A DNA stretch of 39,418 nucleotides from GCF_002087085.1 NZ_MWQY01000012.1:124001-163418; one strand, 5' to 3'. Numbered from the stretch's first letter, positions 9,098 to 19,504 are shown. Translations and numbers: made by a program. Notes: generated from the sequence alone by a model not told the origin.

Positions 9098-9772
9098 ATG
9101 AAAAACAGTACACTGCTGATACTGCCGGTTGTTCTCTTCTCCCTGGTTCTGGCCGCTCCGTGTGAAGCTCTCGATCTGGCTGCTTTCGATGTACATTCCG
9201 GGCTTCTCTGGATGATAGACGAACCTGCCGACGATGAGACCACCGGTGCTCCTGATCCCCTGCTGACCCCCATCGGGGCCGCCCTGAGTTATCCCCTGAA
9301 CGAGCGCCTGAGCTTTGACCCGGGAATTTATGTTTTCGGCTTGAATTACGGATTCCAGGAATGGGACCGCCCGCGGCCTGCCCAGATAGAGCACCGGGAG
9401 ATGTATGTGGTCTCCCTCCTGCTTAATCCCGCCTTTGTGTTCACCTTTCCCTGGACAGAACGCATCAGCTGGGGCACGGTGCTTTCTCCAAGCCTGCTTC
9501 TACGTATTCCAACGCTTACCGCCGAGGGCGAAGAGGCTGCTCACAGCGACATGCTGAGCTATTTTATGGGTGCCGGAAGGTTTATCTTTCCCGAGGCGGG
9601 CTTATTCCTCGATATCGGGGTAAACGAAAAGATTTCCTTCAGGCCGGGATTGCGCTTTTTCCTGCCGGTTTTTCATCTCTGGGACGGGGATCCCCTGGCC
9701 GATCAGAGTCTGATCTATTTTGATGCGGCCCTGCGTTTTCGACTCTCCTCCGGCGGGGACTCCGGCTCCTGA
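9098..9772 (+). CDS. Hypothetical exported protein, possibly an outer-membrane beta-barrel
   Basis: Signal peptide MKNSTLLILPVVLFSLVLAAPCEA; amphipathic beta-strand-like segments (ISFRPGLRFFLP, IYFDAALRFRL). Confidence 0.65.
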   Translation: MKNSTLLILPVVLFSLVLAAPCEALDLAAFDVHSGLLWMIDEPADDETTGAPDPLLTPIGAALSYPLNERLSFDPGIYVFGLNYGFQEWDRPRPAQIEHREMYVVSLLLNPAFVFTFPWTERISWGTVLSPSLLLRIPTLTAEGEEAAHSDMLSYFMGAGRFIFPEAGLFLDIGVNEKISFRPGLRFFLPVFHLWDGDPLADQSLIYFDAALRFRLSSGGDSGS

Positions 9773-9785
9773 ACCCTTCAGAACC

Positions 9786-11012
9786 CTAAACGTAATCCTT
9801 CAGAAAGATCTCATGGTGCTGATCTTCGTGTCTGGCCGCCAGAAGTCCGGCAAAGGCGGCTGTGGCCGTATCCAGAACCACGCCGTAGCTGATCAGAAGG
9901 GGCAGAACTGGTCGCAGGATCAGGTATCCTTCTTCGATACCTCTGCCATACCATGAGCAGAGGAGGGCAAGACCGATAAAAACGGCGCTCCCCGGGAAGG
10001 GGCCGGTCAGGAAGGAAACCAGAAAGGAGAAAAGCATTACCCAGAGGACTGCAGAGACGGTAAGTCCCAGGGATGAGTAGGATTTAAGAATCACGATAAA
10101 GGCAATACCGGTAACCATGGCGCTTCCTGCCTTGCCGAACATGGCGTAGAGAGGAAACAGCGCGGAACCGACCCTCCTGGAAACTCCCAGGTTTTCCCGG
10201 CCGTGGTGAATCAGACTCATAAGGGTAAAATAGGCGTCCCCGGAGACCGCTGCCGCAGCAAGGGGGGTGATAATCCCGTAGAGCCACTTGTAGGGGTTCT
10301 CCCTGCCTCCCAGAAAGTAGAGGAGCAGAGGAAAGACTCCGAAGAGAATGAATACCCCGTTGATTGAAAGCAGCAGCAGCAGCTGACCAAAAAGCTCGAA
10401 CTGGGGAATCCGGTTCACGGTGAAAACCATGTTCGCCGTCAGGGCGATCATTCCAAGACCCAGGATTTCCACGATGAATTTGTTTCCGTGATAGAGGATC
10501 CGCGAGAAGGCGTCAAAAAGCTGCACCACCGGGCGGCTTATGGAGCGATCAAAGGTGAAATTCATTCCCAGAAAGAGGGCAAAAACATAGATGGGAAGAA
10601 GAAAGCTCCCGGCGCCGGTGAATACCGTAAAGATATTCCGGGGAAAGATGGATTTGAGAATTTCTCCCACTCCCGGGACGGAGAAGGGCGACTCCTGCTC
10701 AATGATAATAGGTATGCGGTCCGGAGCGAGGAGTACCACGGAAGCTGTGCCGATCAGTACCAGCAGAAATGTTGCAGCCAGACCATACAGAACTCCCCGG
10801 CCGAGAACACGCAGGGTCATGTTTTCCTTGCGCAGTTCAAATATTCCCACGGCTAAAGAGAAAAAGACCAGGGGAAACAATACGTAATAGCCAATATTAA
10901 TAACCAGTTCCGCTGCATACTGGAAGAACTCAGCGGCCCCGTCTTCCGGCAGATATCCCCCCAGAAATGCTCCGATGACAAGCCCCAGGAGAACCTTAAT
11001 CCATATCTTCAT
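9786..11012 (-). CDS. Dicarboxylate/amino acid:cation symporter (DAACS) family protein
   Basis: MKIWIKVLLGLVIG, PLVFFSLAVGI, IFPRNIF and LDTATAA; 408 aa with many TM helices. Confidence 0.85.
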   Translation of the reverse strand: MKIWIKVLLGLVIGAFLGGYLPEDGAAEFFQYAAELVINIGYYVLFPLVFFSLAVGIFELRKENMTLRVLGRGVLYGLAATFLLVLIGTASVVLLAPDRIPIIIEQESPFSVPGVGEILKSIFPRNIFTVFTGAGSFLLPIYVFALFLGMNFTFDRSISRPVVQLFDAFSRILYHGNKFIVEILGLGMIALTANMVFTVNRIPQFELFGQLLLLLSINGVFILFGVFPLLLYFLGGRENPYKWLYGIITPLAAAAVSGDAYFTLMSLIHHGRENLGVSRRVGSALFPLYAMFGKAGSAMVTGIAFIVILKSYSSLGLTVSAVLWVMLFSFLVSFLTGPFPGSAVFIGLALLCSWYGRGIEEGYLILRPVLPLLISYGVVLDTATAAFAGLLAARHEDQHHEIFLKDYV

Positions 11013-11060
11013 GTGCCTCGACCTTAGCCTATAGTATGTATTACCGTCAATGCGGTTGTA

Positions 11061-11708
11061 TCAGCGGGAAAAATGGGAGAAAATTCCTCCCCGTTCTCCG
11101 GGACGCATCCATTTTCCCCAGCGTTTATCATCGTTGGCCCTGAGAATTTCCGTTACCTCCCGGTAAAAATCCTCGGCATTCTCCCGGTGGTCCTCGAAGC
11201 CCCGGATCCGGATCCTGCTCTCTCCGTAGACCTGGAAGAGGGCGCTGCCCATCTGCCGGAAGGCCCCCTCCATGGCTGACTCGAGGGACGGCCGCACCGA
11301 AGAGGGATAACCTGCAAGAAGCAGGGTAAGGTCTCCCCGGGAATGGGTATCGAAGTGGTTCAGGATCTCCTTGCAGATAAAAAGCCCTCCCCGCAGGGCT
11401 GTGTCTATGGAGATGTCGATAATTGTGCCTGGAACCTGGTGCAGGGGCCGGGACTCTTCGCCGTGTTCGTACAGAAGATAGGCTTCGTCGATTACGGCAG
11501 CCTCATTCTCGATGGTCAGCATTGTATTCCTGGCGGAGATGGGAGACCGGGGATTCCAGGCCAGGTGCCGGTAGCCTTCAATCTCATCGGCGTTTTCTTC
11601 CAGTGTCGGAGAGGCCAGAAAGAGAGTGTCGCCCCGGTCCAGAAAAAAATCCAGCAGCACGGAGGGGAACGGATTGCGTCGTGAGATCAGAAGCGTCGTC
11701 TTTCCCAT
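11061..11708 (-). CDS. Hypothetical protein, degenerate SDR/Rossmann-like fold
   Basis: KTTLLIS N-terminal strand, WNPRSPISAR and IRIRGF; no GxxxGxG or YxxxK. Starts 19 nt after the GH13 stop. Confidence 0.6.
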   Translation of the reverse strand: MGKTTLLISRRNPFPSVLLDFFLDRGDTLFLASPTLEENADEIEGYRHLAWNPRSPISARNTMLTIENEAAVIDEAYLLYEHGEESRPLHQVPGTIIDISIDTALRGGLFICKEILNHFDTHSRGDLTLLLAGYPSSVRPSLESAMEGAFRQMGSALFQVYGESRIRIRGFEDHRENAEDFYREVTEILRANDDKRWGKWMRPGERGGIFSHFSR

Positions 11709-11727
11709 AGCTTAGGATACTATCCCC

Positions 11728-14700
11728 TCAAGGGTGGTCTTTCAAGGAGGAATCACCCATTTTTTTCTCCTCCCCCTCCTCCCTGTTCAGGAGATCGATC
11801 AGCCGTGTGAGCCTGAAGGATGAGCGTTCCTCACACTCGAGCCAGGTATGCAGGGTGTTGAAGAGCGAGTCGATCCGGGGATGGGCCTTGGCCCCCGGTT
11901 TTTCGGTCAGCTGTACGACGGCAATGCAGAAGAACCACCAGAGCATATCCTCGAAGCGATCCTTGTTGAACCAGAGAATGTTGTTGTAACGGTTAACCAG
12001 CAGAAAATCCTGTATCTCCTGTTCATGAAGAAGTTCCGCCAGGTAGCGGTTGCCATCCCGGTCCCGAACACTGAGGTGCCAGTTCTGGTAGGAGGTAAGC
12101 AGCTTGACAAGGCTCACGGCATAATCCGCCTTGGGCCAGCTCAAACCGGCATGGCTGAAGATATCCCTCAAGGGGGTCCCAAGATGCCAGTCGTCGATGA
12201 GGGAACGGGAAACCCCGGGGTTCGAGGTCTCACCGAAGGCCCCGCTCAAACCGTGGGTAAGACACCAGGCGGCGAATACCGATGGAGCTTCGGGGCGCAT
12301 CTCGAGGCCCCGCTGAAGGTAGCCCCTGAAACCTGCCAGCTCTTCCTCGATGTCTCCCCGGGAGGAGAGATCGAAGGTCGCGATCTGCAGTACCGCCCGG
12401 GCGGCGGAGGGCATGACGTTCCGGGGCGGGTGTTTCTTATCCGATGCCGTGCTGAGAAAACTGCGGTAATCCTCCGCCCAGGAGGCAAGAAAGCCGGTTT
12501 CCGGTTTTTTCTGGTTGAACATGGCCTCCTGAAAGACGGCGATAATCTCCGGGCGCAGGGTTCTGGCCAGTTCCTGATGCAGGGGTTTCATGTGCATGAG
12601 CCGGATTTCCCGGTCTATTCCGGAGCAGCCTGAACCCTTCAGCTTCTCGGCTATACTGCGGTAGCTTCCATCGGGATCATCGGCAACGATACGCATATCG
12701 AGATAGACCTGGCAGCCGTAACCCGGAAGCACGGCGTCAAGACCCCGGCGGGCCAGATCACGACAGTTCCGTATAAACTCCAGGTCCGTGGCATGCTGAC
12801 GCATGATGAGCCAGCGCCGGGGGTTGTCCGGTACTCCCAGGGCCTCTCCAAGGCTGCGCCTGTGCAGCTCTCCGTCCCGTTCCTTGTCCCGGTAGGGAAC
12901 GGAGGTCCGGATGCTTCCGGCGGCACTCTCCAGGCTGTTGTTGTAGAGCACCAGGGCAACTTCGTCGCCTGAGCGGTTGGTATAGGCAAAGACGTTCTGG
13001 TTGACTCCGCTGGGCCCGATAAAGTCGAAAAGGGTGAACTCTTCGGATTCAGCGAACAGGGCCCGCCGTTTGAGGAGGGGAAAAATCTCCTGTTCGTGGC
13101 GTTCAATCAGCTCCTGATTCGGGCTTTCATCCTTGTAGGCACGGCTGTACTCCATGCCGTACTTTTCGCTGAAGCCCTCGATCTGGCCGTGGCCGAACAT
13201 GGGGAGACCCGGCATGGTGACCAGCAGGGTGCAGATACCGAAATATTTGTCGCCGCTGCCGTACTGGGCCAGGGCGGTTTCCTCGTCGGGATTGTTCATG
13301 AAGTTGACGAAGCGCTTGAGAATTTCCCGGTCGAACTCCAGGGTGTTCTTCAGGGTGCTGCGGTATTTATCGTTTTCCTCGTTTTTGAGCATGTTCATGA
13401 ATGCGGAGTTGTACACCCGGTGCATGCCCAGGCTGCGCACGAAATACCCCTCCATCATCCAGAAGGCCTCCGCCAGCAGCAGAGTTCCCGGTACCTCCCG
13501 GGCGACCCGGTCCACAACTTCCCGCCAGAACTCCTCCGGAATGGCCCGTTCAAAATCGGCCTGAGAGAGGGCATGCTCCGCCCGGGACGGGATAGATCCT
13601 CCTTCGCCTGGTTCCGGGAACCAGAGCCGGCGTATATGCTGTCTGGCCAGGGTCATGGCCGCATCAAAGCGGATTATGGGGAAATTCCCGGCTACCTTGA
13701 GAATAGTCTGCACCACCGCTTCCCGGACCCCGGGATTCAGGTAGTTGAGCTGGGCTGTGTCGTTCCAGGGCATGTGGGTGCCGTCGTTTCCATGGTAGAT
13801 ATAGCGAACCCGGCCTGTGGAATCCTCCACGTGTTTGAAGACCACCGCAGCATCGCTGTGATCGAAGTAGTGGTCCTCCAGACAGGTTGTGTACCCTTCA
13901 CGGGATGCGAGGTTCTCCCCGGAGAAGCTGTAGGAGGGATAGGGTGATACCGGTACCTGGAGGTAGTACTCCGGGTGTTCATAGATCCAGTCAGCGTCTA
14001 TACCGGTATGGTTGGGAACCATGTCGCTGGCAAGGCGAAGGCCGAACCTGGCTGCCTTTATGCGCAGCGCCTCCAGGGCTTTTTCTCCTCCCAGTTCGGG
14101 ACTTATGCGGTACGCTTTCAGGGAGTAGGCGGAGGCCTCGGCCTGGGTATTGCCGAAGAGGTGCTTGATCCGTTTGGAGGCTCCGCTGCGTTCCCAGATA
14201 CCGATAAGCCAGAGGGCGGTAAAGCCCCGCTCCGCAAGAAGGGAAAGCTCCTGATCGGGGATGTCGTCCAGGTGTGTGTAGTTCCTGCCGTATTTGACGG
14301 AGAGCTGGTGCAGCCAGACCAGGGTGTTTTTGGCTATCATCACCACCATGGGCATCCAGGCCTGGTCGGGACTGAAGCCCTCGAAGTCTCCCTCTGAATA
14401 GGAGTAGGGGTGCTGTTCCCCCGGTCCGCCGCCGAACCAGGGTCGCTCCTCCTCCGCCAGAAAGTCGAGGCTGCTCAAAAGGGGAATGGTCAGCTCGCTG
14501 ACAAGGTCGCTCCAGTTCTCCCGGATGTAGATGAGCTGTTCCCGCACCGAACGGGGATGGAGAGTCAGGGGACGGCGCAGCATCTGCAGCAGGGATTCTC
14601 CGGATTCAGCCTGGGCGGGAGGAATGAACAGGGTATCCGCTGCATTTATCAGGCCGGCGTAGGCGCTGTTCCGGGTAAGTTGAGTGTCATCGATGAGTTC

Positions 14701-15132
14701 CCGAACCCTCTCCGCCGCGGGATTCTCGTTGCTCAGACGCAGAAGGATCAGGTCCGCCAACAGTTCATGGGTCTCCCGGGGACCGTCGGGCTCGGCGGGA
14801 AACTCCCTGTTCACCAGCTCCGTCAGTTCCCGGAGCTGCCGTTCATCTCCGGAATCCGGAAGGATCCTCCGGATACCCTTTTCCGAAAGGGTATCTCCCT
14901 CTCCGGCCTGTTTTCTTAGGATAAGCCGGTAGATTTTCTCCAGCATTCCCAGTCCGTAAAGCTCTCCGGCTCTGAGTATTTTTTCCGGATCGATTTCGTC
15001 TCCCCGGGAGGAGTTTACCAGGTGGCAGATGGAGCGGACGGCGTGAAAACTCGAAAGATCCGGCCGCCCTGCGGAGTCCAGGAGGGGACTCCCCAGTTTA
15101 TAGGTCTTGCGGGATTGCTTGTTGATTATCAT
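11728..15132 (-). CDS. Large alpha-amylase family (GH13) protein
   Basis: LWLIGIWERS, ASDMVPNHTG, WNDTAQLNY, IIRFDAAM (nucleophile Asp), LLAEAFW (acid/base Glu) and FMNNPDE. AGGAG upstream. Confidence 0.9.
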   Translation of the reverse strand: MIINKQSRKTYKLGSPLLDSAGRPDLSSFHAVRSICHLVNSSRGDEIDPEKILRAGELYGLGMLEKIYRLILRKQAGEGDTLSEKGIRRILPDSGDERQLRELTELVNREFPAEPDGPRETHELLADLILLRLSNENPAAERVRELIDDTQLTRNSAYAGLINAADTLFIPPAQAESGESLLQMLRRPLTLHPRSVREQLIYIRENWSDLVSELTIPLLSSLDFLAEEERPWFGGGPGEQHPYSYSEGDFEGFSPDQAWMPMVVMIAKNTLVWLHQLSVKYGRNYTHLDDIPDQELSLLAERGFTALWLIGIWERSGASKRIKHLFGNTQAEASAYSLKAYRISPELGGEKALEALRIKAARFGLRLASDMVPNHTGIDADWIYEHPEYYLQVPVSPYPSYSFSGENLASREGYTTCLEDHYFDHSDAAVVFKHVEDSTGRVRYIYHGNDGTHMPWNDTAQLNYLNPGVREAVVQTILKVAGNFPIIRFDAAMTLARQHIRRLWFPEPGEGGSIPSRAEHALSQADFERAIPEEFWREVVDRVAREVPGTLLLAEAFWMMEGYFVRSLGMHRVYNSAFMNMLKNEENDKYRSTLKNTLEFDREILKRFVNFMNNPDEETALAQYGSGDKYFGICTLLVTMPGLPMFGHGQIEGFSEKYGMEYSRAYKDESPNQELIERHEQEIFPLLKRRALFAESEEFTLFDFIGPSGVNQNVFAYTNRSGDEVALVLYNNSLESAAGSIRTSVPYRDKERDGELHRRSLGEALGVPDNPRRWLIMRQHATDLEFIRNCRDLARRGLDAVLPGYGCQVYLDMRIVADDPDGSYRSIAEKLKGSGCSGIDREIRLMHMKPLHQELARTLRPEIIAVFQEAMFNQKKPETGFLASWAEDYRSFLSTASDKKHPPRNVMPSAARAVLQIATFDLSSRGDIEEELAGFRGYLQRGLEMRPEAPSVFAAWCLTHGLSGAFGETSNPGVSRSLIDDWHLGTPLRDIFSHAGLSWPKADYAVSLVKLLTSYQNWHLSVRDRDGNRYLAELLHEQEIQDFLLVNRYNNILWFNKDRFEDMLWWFFCIAVVQLTEKPGAKAHPRIDSLFNTLHTWLECEERSSFRLTRLIDLLNREEGEEKKMGDSSLKDHP

Positions 15133-18100
15133 GATAACTTGGTACTCCTGGGCTCCGTTTTTCCAGCTCTCGTGCGTTTATTATCAGCATCTGCAGCCTG
15201 TTCTCCACGTTGGCAAGACTGGTATCCGGATCAAAGTCGAGGGAGAGAACCTGAATGTGGGGGAGCTTCTTTTTTACCGATTTGATTATTCCCCGGCCGG
15301 TAATGTGGTTCGGCAGACAGCCGAAGGGCTGGATTATAACGAAGGAGTTGACCCCCCGCATACTCTGATCGATTATGTCAGCCGGAATCAGCCAGCCCTT
15401 CCCCGAGTTGAAGACCGGGTCTACGAGACCGTCGATGTGCACTGCAAGATCATCGTACCTTTCCCTGGTTTCAAAGAAGCGAAAGCTCCGGTTGATCCCT
15501 TCCATAAGGCTGATACCCCAGTCTATCAGATTGTCAGTGGCGATGGATTCCAGGGCTTCGAGAAAAGGAAAGCGCACGTGAAAGCGGCGCATGGACTGCC
15601 GAACCGTGGAGGCGTCCTTCTTGAATACGTCGATCATGGGGGGCATGACTACCTCCATGCCGTTTTTCTCCAGGTACTCCTCGATGTGGGCGTTGGAAAC
15701 GGGGTGGTAGTTGATAAGGATCTCTCCGATGACAAATACCCTGGGCTTCCGCTCCCCCTCCACAAGGGGAATGCGGTTAAAGGCCGTCACAGCCGACCGG
15801 TACTCCTCCAGGGCGGCCCTGGTTCCCCGTTCAAAGCCCTGTTGGACACGTTCCAGCCAGTACCTGTGGGTCCTGTCGGTTTCGCCGGAATTCTGTTCAT
15901 AGGGTCGAAGGCGCCGGGCCATGCCGTCCAGGCTGTCACCGATAAGGATGGCCCAGAGCATGCGGTACTGGAAGCTAATGCCGAGTTTGAGTCCCGGGTG
16001 TATCCCCTTTTTATCCTTTCCGGTGGTTATAATGGGTACCTGCGGGTACCCGGCGTCGTCCAGGGCTTTCCGTGCCACCGTCGCGTACTGGGCCAGTCGA
16101 CAGTCGCATTCGAAATGGGCCAGGCCCAGGGCGAAATCGTCGGGACGACCCGAGGCCTCGATATGGGCCAGGGCTTCTCCGATATTCAACTGGGCGGGAA
16201 AACACATATCGTTGTGGACATATTTTTTTCCCAGTTCCACTGCCCGCTCGCCGGCAAGTTCCATGGGGATGGCTCTGTATCCTTCTCTGCGGAGTACCGC
16301 GGCGGTGAGCCGGGTAAAGGTGGGGGAGAGGTTGGGAACCAGGATCGTTTTTTCGCTCCGATGTCCCCTGGTGTACTTGGCTGGAAAGGGGTCCGGAAGC
16401 TTGTGTGTGGCCGTATTTTTTCCTGTCCGCACCCGTTTTGCCCGGACCGTTTCGACAAAGGATTTGATCCGGATGTTCAGGGGGCCTGGTACATCGCTTT
16501 CGTCCAGTTTCAGCACCAGGGGATCCTTGTTCCCTCCCGCCTTCATGATACGTATGATCTCGTCGGAGATAACCGCGTCATGCCCGCAGCCGAAACTGAC
16601 GATCTGAACCAGTTCCAGGGCGGGATGTTCCGCGGCAATCAGGGCGGCTTCGAACATGCGCACGTGAAAATTGATTGCCGTCTCACCCCGTACCCCCGAA
16701 AGATCCACCTCGTTGAAGCCGGGCAGGCTGTCCACGGTGAGGACGGGGATTCCGTGGCGGGTGAAAAAGCGGGAGAGGTCGTGGTTGACCAGAAAATCGT
16801 TATGGTAGGGTCTTCCCGCCAGTACCACGGCGAAATCCCCTTTTTCTTCGCTGCTGCGGATAATCTCCCTGCCTTCGTTCTGCAGGGTCTGCCTGAACTC
16901 GCCCTGGGCCCTGTCTGCTTCGGCAATGGCCTGCTTGAGCACCTGTCGCGGGATGTTGTAGGTGGAGGCAAAGTAGTCCGCCAGCTGCCTGTCCCGGGAC
17001 CGGAGGTCGTACCAGTGGAAGGCCGGGGTATCCATGGGGATTCCGTGGAGGATGGCCGGTTCGTGGCTCTCCTTGAGGATCAGGGGATAGCCCTGGACCA
17101 CGGAACAGAGGTAGTTGGAGACGGCGCTTTTGTTTTCCGACTCCATCCGCAGCATCATGGGCATGAAGATGCGGTCCACCCCTTTTTCAATCAGGTCCAT
17201 CAGGTGGCCGTGGGCTACCTTGCCGGGAAAACAGGCGGTATCCGAGGGAACATAGCGCAGTCCCGCTTCATAGAGTTTACGGGTGCTCTCCCGGGAAATT
17301 TGCACCTTGAAACCCAGGGAACTGAATAGGCTCCGCCAGAAGGGCATGCTGTGCCAGAACTCCAGAACCCGTGGAAGGCCGATGGTATAATTCTTGGGAG
17401 GGCTGAGCTCCCGGGTTTTGTAATCAGCAAAAAGGAGCTCCCGCCTTCTGCGCATCATGTCTGGAACGGTGTCCAGTTTTTGACTGGCGGCCTTGAGTTT
17501 TTCCCTGACTCCGGGATCTTTTACGTCCCCGATTATCTGTCCCCGTTCGCAGCGGTTTCCGGTTATAAACCTCGATCCGTCAGCAAAGCTGACCAGGGTC
17601 CGGCTGCAGTTATTGGAACAGAAGGGGCAGATGTGCCCCGGTTCCTTGGTAAAGGAGAAGTTGGCAAGGCCCTCCTGTCCGATAAATCTGCTTTTTCCGG
17701 AAAGATTCTGCTTCTTTGTCAGCAGGGCAATACCGATGGCACCCATCTCTCCGGGGAAAGGGGCCCGGGTTATCCGCTTGCCCGAGTACTGCTCAAAGGC
17801 CCGCAGAACCGCGTCGTTCTTGAAGGTCCCGCCCTGAACCACCACCGAGTCTCCCAGGGCGTCCAGGTTTGATACCCGGATGACCTTGGTAAAAACGTTC
17901 TCGATAATCGACTTGCAGAGACCCGCCATAATATCCTCCGGGGTCTTGCCGTTCTTCTGTTCCGTGATTATCGAGGAGTTCATGAATATTGTGCAGCGGG
18001 AGCCGAGTTTGGCAGGGGCGGAGGAGGAAAAGGCCTTTTCCGCGATCTCCTCCACCGGGATCTCCAGGGAGTTGGCATAGGTTTCCACGAAGGAGCCGCA

Positions 18101-19504
18101 GCCGGCGGAACAGGCCTCATTGAGGACGATGCCGGTGACGATTCCGCCGGTGAGGGAGATTGCCTTCATGTCCTGGCCGCCGATGTCGAGAATGAAACTC
18201 GCCTCCGGCTGGTAGTGGAGGGCGGCTTCTGCATGGGCCACGGTTTCCACGGTGTGATAATCCGCCTTGAAGGCGGCGGCGAAGAGCCCTTCTCCGTAGC
18301 CGGTGCTGCCGGCGCCGAGGACCCTGAGCTTGACTCCCTGGGCTTCAAAGTGACGATAGCAGTCAAGCAATCCCTGCTGTACTACCGTCAGGGGATCTCC
18401 GTTATTGCCGGAATAGAAGCGGTAGACCACCTCTTCCTCTTCGTTCAGAAGGACGAACTTCGAGGTTGTGGATCCTGCATCTATACCCAGATATACGGAA
18501 AGCTCCGTTCCCGCGGGATGGGCTGGGCTTCTGAAGGCTGTGAGAGGATATCTCCGGTGGAATTTTTCCTTCTCTTCAGGGGAGGAGAAGAAGGGAACCG
18601 CCTCGAAATCCCGTTTGTCGGCGTATTCTCCCTGGGGACGGGCCAGAGCCTTCATGGCCTCGATCTCCTGGTAGCGGTTTTCATCATCTCCGAACATGAT
18701 TCCCACCGAGAGGGCGGTGCCGTAGGCTACAATCACCTCCGGCCGCTCCGGCAGAATGATCTCGTGCTCCTTGAGTCCGAGACGTTCGGCAAAAACCCGG
18801 ATCAGCACCGGATTAAAGGTCAGGGGACCGCCCTCGAATATAACGGGCGGGACGATCTCCATACCCTGGGCGAGACCGCCGATGGTCTGTTTGGCAATGG
18901 CGTGAAAGGTTGAGAGGGCGATGTCCTCTTTGGATACCCCCTGGTTCAAAAGGGGCTGAATATCGGTCTTGGCAAATACCCCGCAGCGCCCGGAAATGGG
19001 GTAAACCGTCTTTCCCCGTTCGGCGTAACTGTTGAATTCCGTGGAGGTAATCTTTAACAGGGAGGCGACTTCGTCAATAAAGGCTCCGGTACCGCCGGCA
19101 CAGGAGCCGTTCATGCGCATGTCCGAGGCCATCAGCCTGCCGGTGTTCTCGTCGTGGTGGAAAAAAACGACCTTCGCGTCCTGTCCGCCCAGTTCAATGG
19201 CGACCCTGGTCCGGGGAAAGAATTCCCGTATGGCCAGGGAGTTGGCCACCACCTCCTGAATGTAGTGTCCGTTTACGGCCTTGGCGATGATCCGCCCGCC
19301 GGATCCGCAGACGGCCACGTTGAAATCGGCTCCAGGAAAGAGCGCATGGGCTTCTGCCAGCAGTTCCCTGGCGCAGGCAGCCTGCTTGGCCCCGTGACGA
19401 CGGTATACGGCGTGGAGAAGTTCTTTTGTTTCAGGGTCGACAAGGGCAATTTTAAGGGTAGTGGATCCGACATCAAGTCCGGCCCAAATTTGAGAACGGG
19501 ACAT
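15098..19504 (-). CDS. Fused 2-hydroxyacyl-CoA dehydratase activase-like protein (2x BadF/BcrA ATPase + DUF2229 + HGD-D-like); PlsAR/Ger-like
   Basis: GLDVGSTTLK..ELGGQDAK..NGSCAGGTG..SGRCGVF; GIDAGSTTSK..DIGGQDMK..NEACSAGCG..GSRCTIF; CPFCSNNC; SDTACFPGKVAHGH; SFGCGHD; NDMCFPA; QPFGCLPNH. Start ATG 19504 (1468 aa). Confidence 0.9.
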   Translation of the reverse strand: MSRSQIWAGLDVGSTTLKIALVDPETKELLHAVYRRHGAKQAACARELLAEAHALFPGADFNVAVCGSGGRIIAKAVNGHYIQEVVANSLAIREFFPRTRVAIELGGQDAKVVFFHHDENTGRLMASDMRMNGSCAGGTGAFIDEVASLLKITSTEFNSYAERGKTVYPISGRCGVFAKTDIQPLLNQGVSKEDIALSTFHAIAKQTIGGLAQGMEIVPPVIFEGGPLTFNPVLIRVFAERLGLKEHEIILPERPEVIVAYGTALSVGIMFGDDENRYQEIEAMKALARPQGEYADKRDFEAVPFFSSPEEKEKFHRRYPLTAFRSPAHPAGTELSVYLGIDAGSTTSKFVLLNEEEEVVYRFYSGNNGDPLTVVQQGLLDCYRHFEAQGVKLRVLGAGSTGYGEGLFAAAFKADYHTVETVAHAEAALHYQPEASFILDIGGQDMKAISLTGGIVTGIVLNEACSAGCGSFVETYANSLEIPVEEIAEKAFSSSAPAKLGSRCTIFMNSSIITEQKNGKTPEDIMAGLCKSIIENVFTKVIRVSNLDALGDSVVVQGGTFKNDAVLRAFEQYSGKRITRAPFPGEMGAIGIALLTKKQNLSGKSRFIGQEGLANFSFTKEPGHICPFCSNNCSRTLVSFADGSRFITGNRCERGQIIGDVKDPGVREKLKAASQKLDTVPDMMRRRRELLFADYKTRELSPPKNYTIGLPRVLEFWHSMPFWRSLFSSLGFKVQISRESTRKLYEAGLRYVPSDTACFPGKVAHGHLMDLIEKGVDRIFMPMMLRMESENKSAVSNYLCSVVQGYPLILKESHEPAILHGIPMDTPAFHWYDLRSRDRQLADYFASTYNIPRQVLKQAIAEADRAQGEFRQTLQNEGREIIRSSEEKGDFAVVLAGRPYHNDFLVNHDLSRFFTRHGIPVLTVDSLPGFNEVDLSGVRGETAINFHVRMFEAALIAAEHPALELVQIVSFGCGHDAVISDEIIRIMKAGGNKDPLVLKLDESDVPGPLNIRIKSFVETVRAKRVRTGKNTATHKLPDPFPAKYTRGHRSEKTILVPNLSPTFTRLTAAVLRREGYRAIPMELAGERAVELGKKYVHNDMCFPAQLNIGEALAHIEASGRPDDFALGLAHFECDCRLAQYATVARKALDDAGYPQVPIITTGKDKKGIHPGLKLGISFQYRMLWAILIGDSLDGMARRLRPYEQNSGETDRTHRYWLERVQQGFERGTRAALEEYRSAVTAFNRIPLVEGERKPRVFVIGEILINYHPVSNAHIEEYLEKNGMEVVMPPMIDVFKKDASTVRQSMRRFHVRFPFLEALESIATDNLIDWGISLMEGINRSFRFFETRERYDDLAVHIDGLVDPVFNSGKGWLIPADIIDQSMRGVNSFVIIQPFGCLPNHITGRGIIKSVKKKLPHIQVLSLDFDPDTSLANVENRLQMLIINARELEKRSPGVPSYHDNQQAIPQDL

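Noticed and set aside
15107..17329. 740-aa plus-strand ORF
   Set aside because: Antisense shadow of the activase-like gene; no recognisable motifs; such shadows are common in GC-rich coding DNA.
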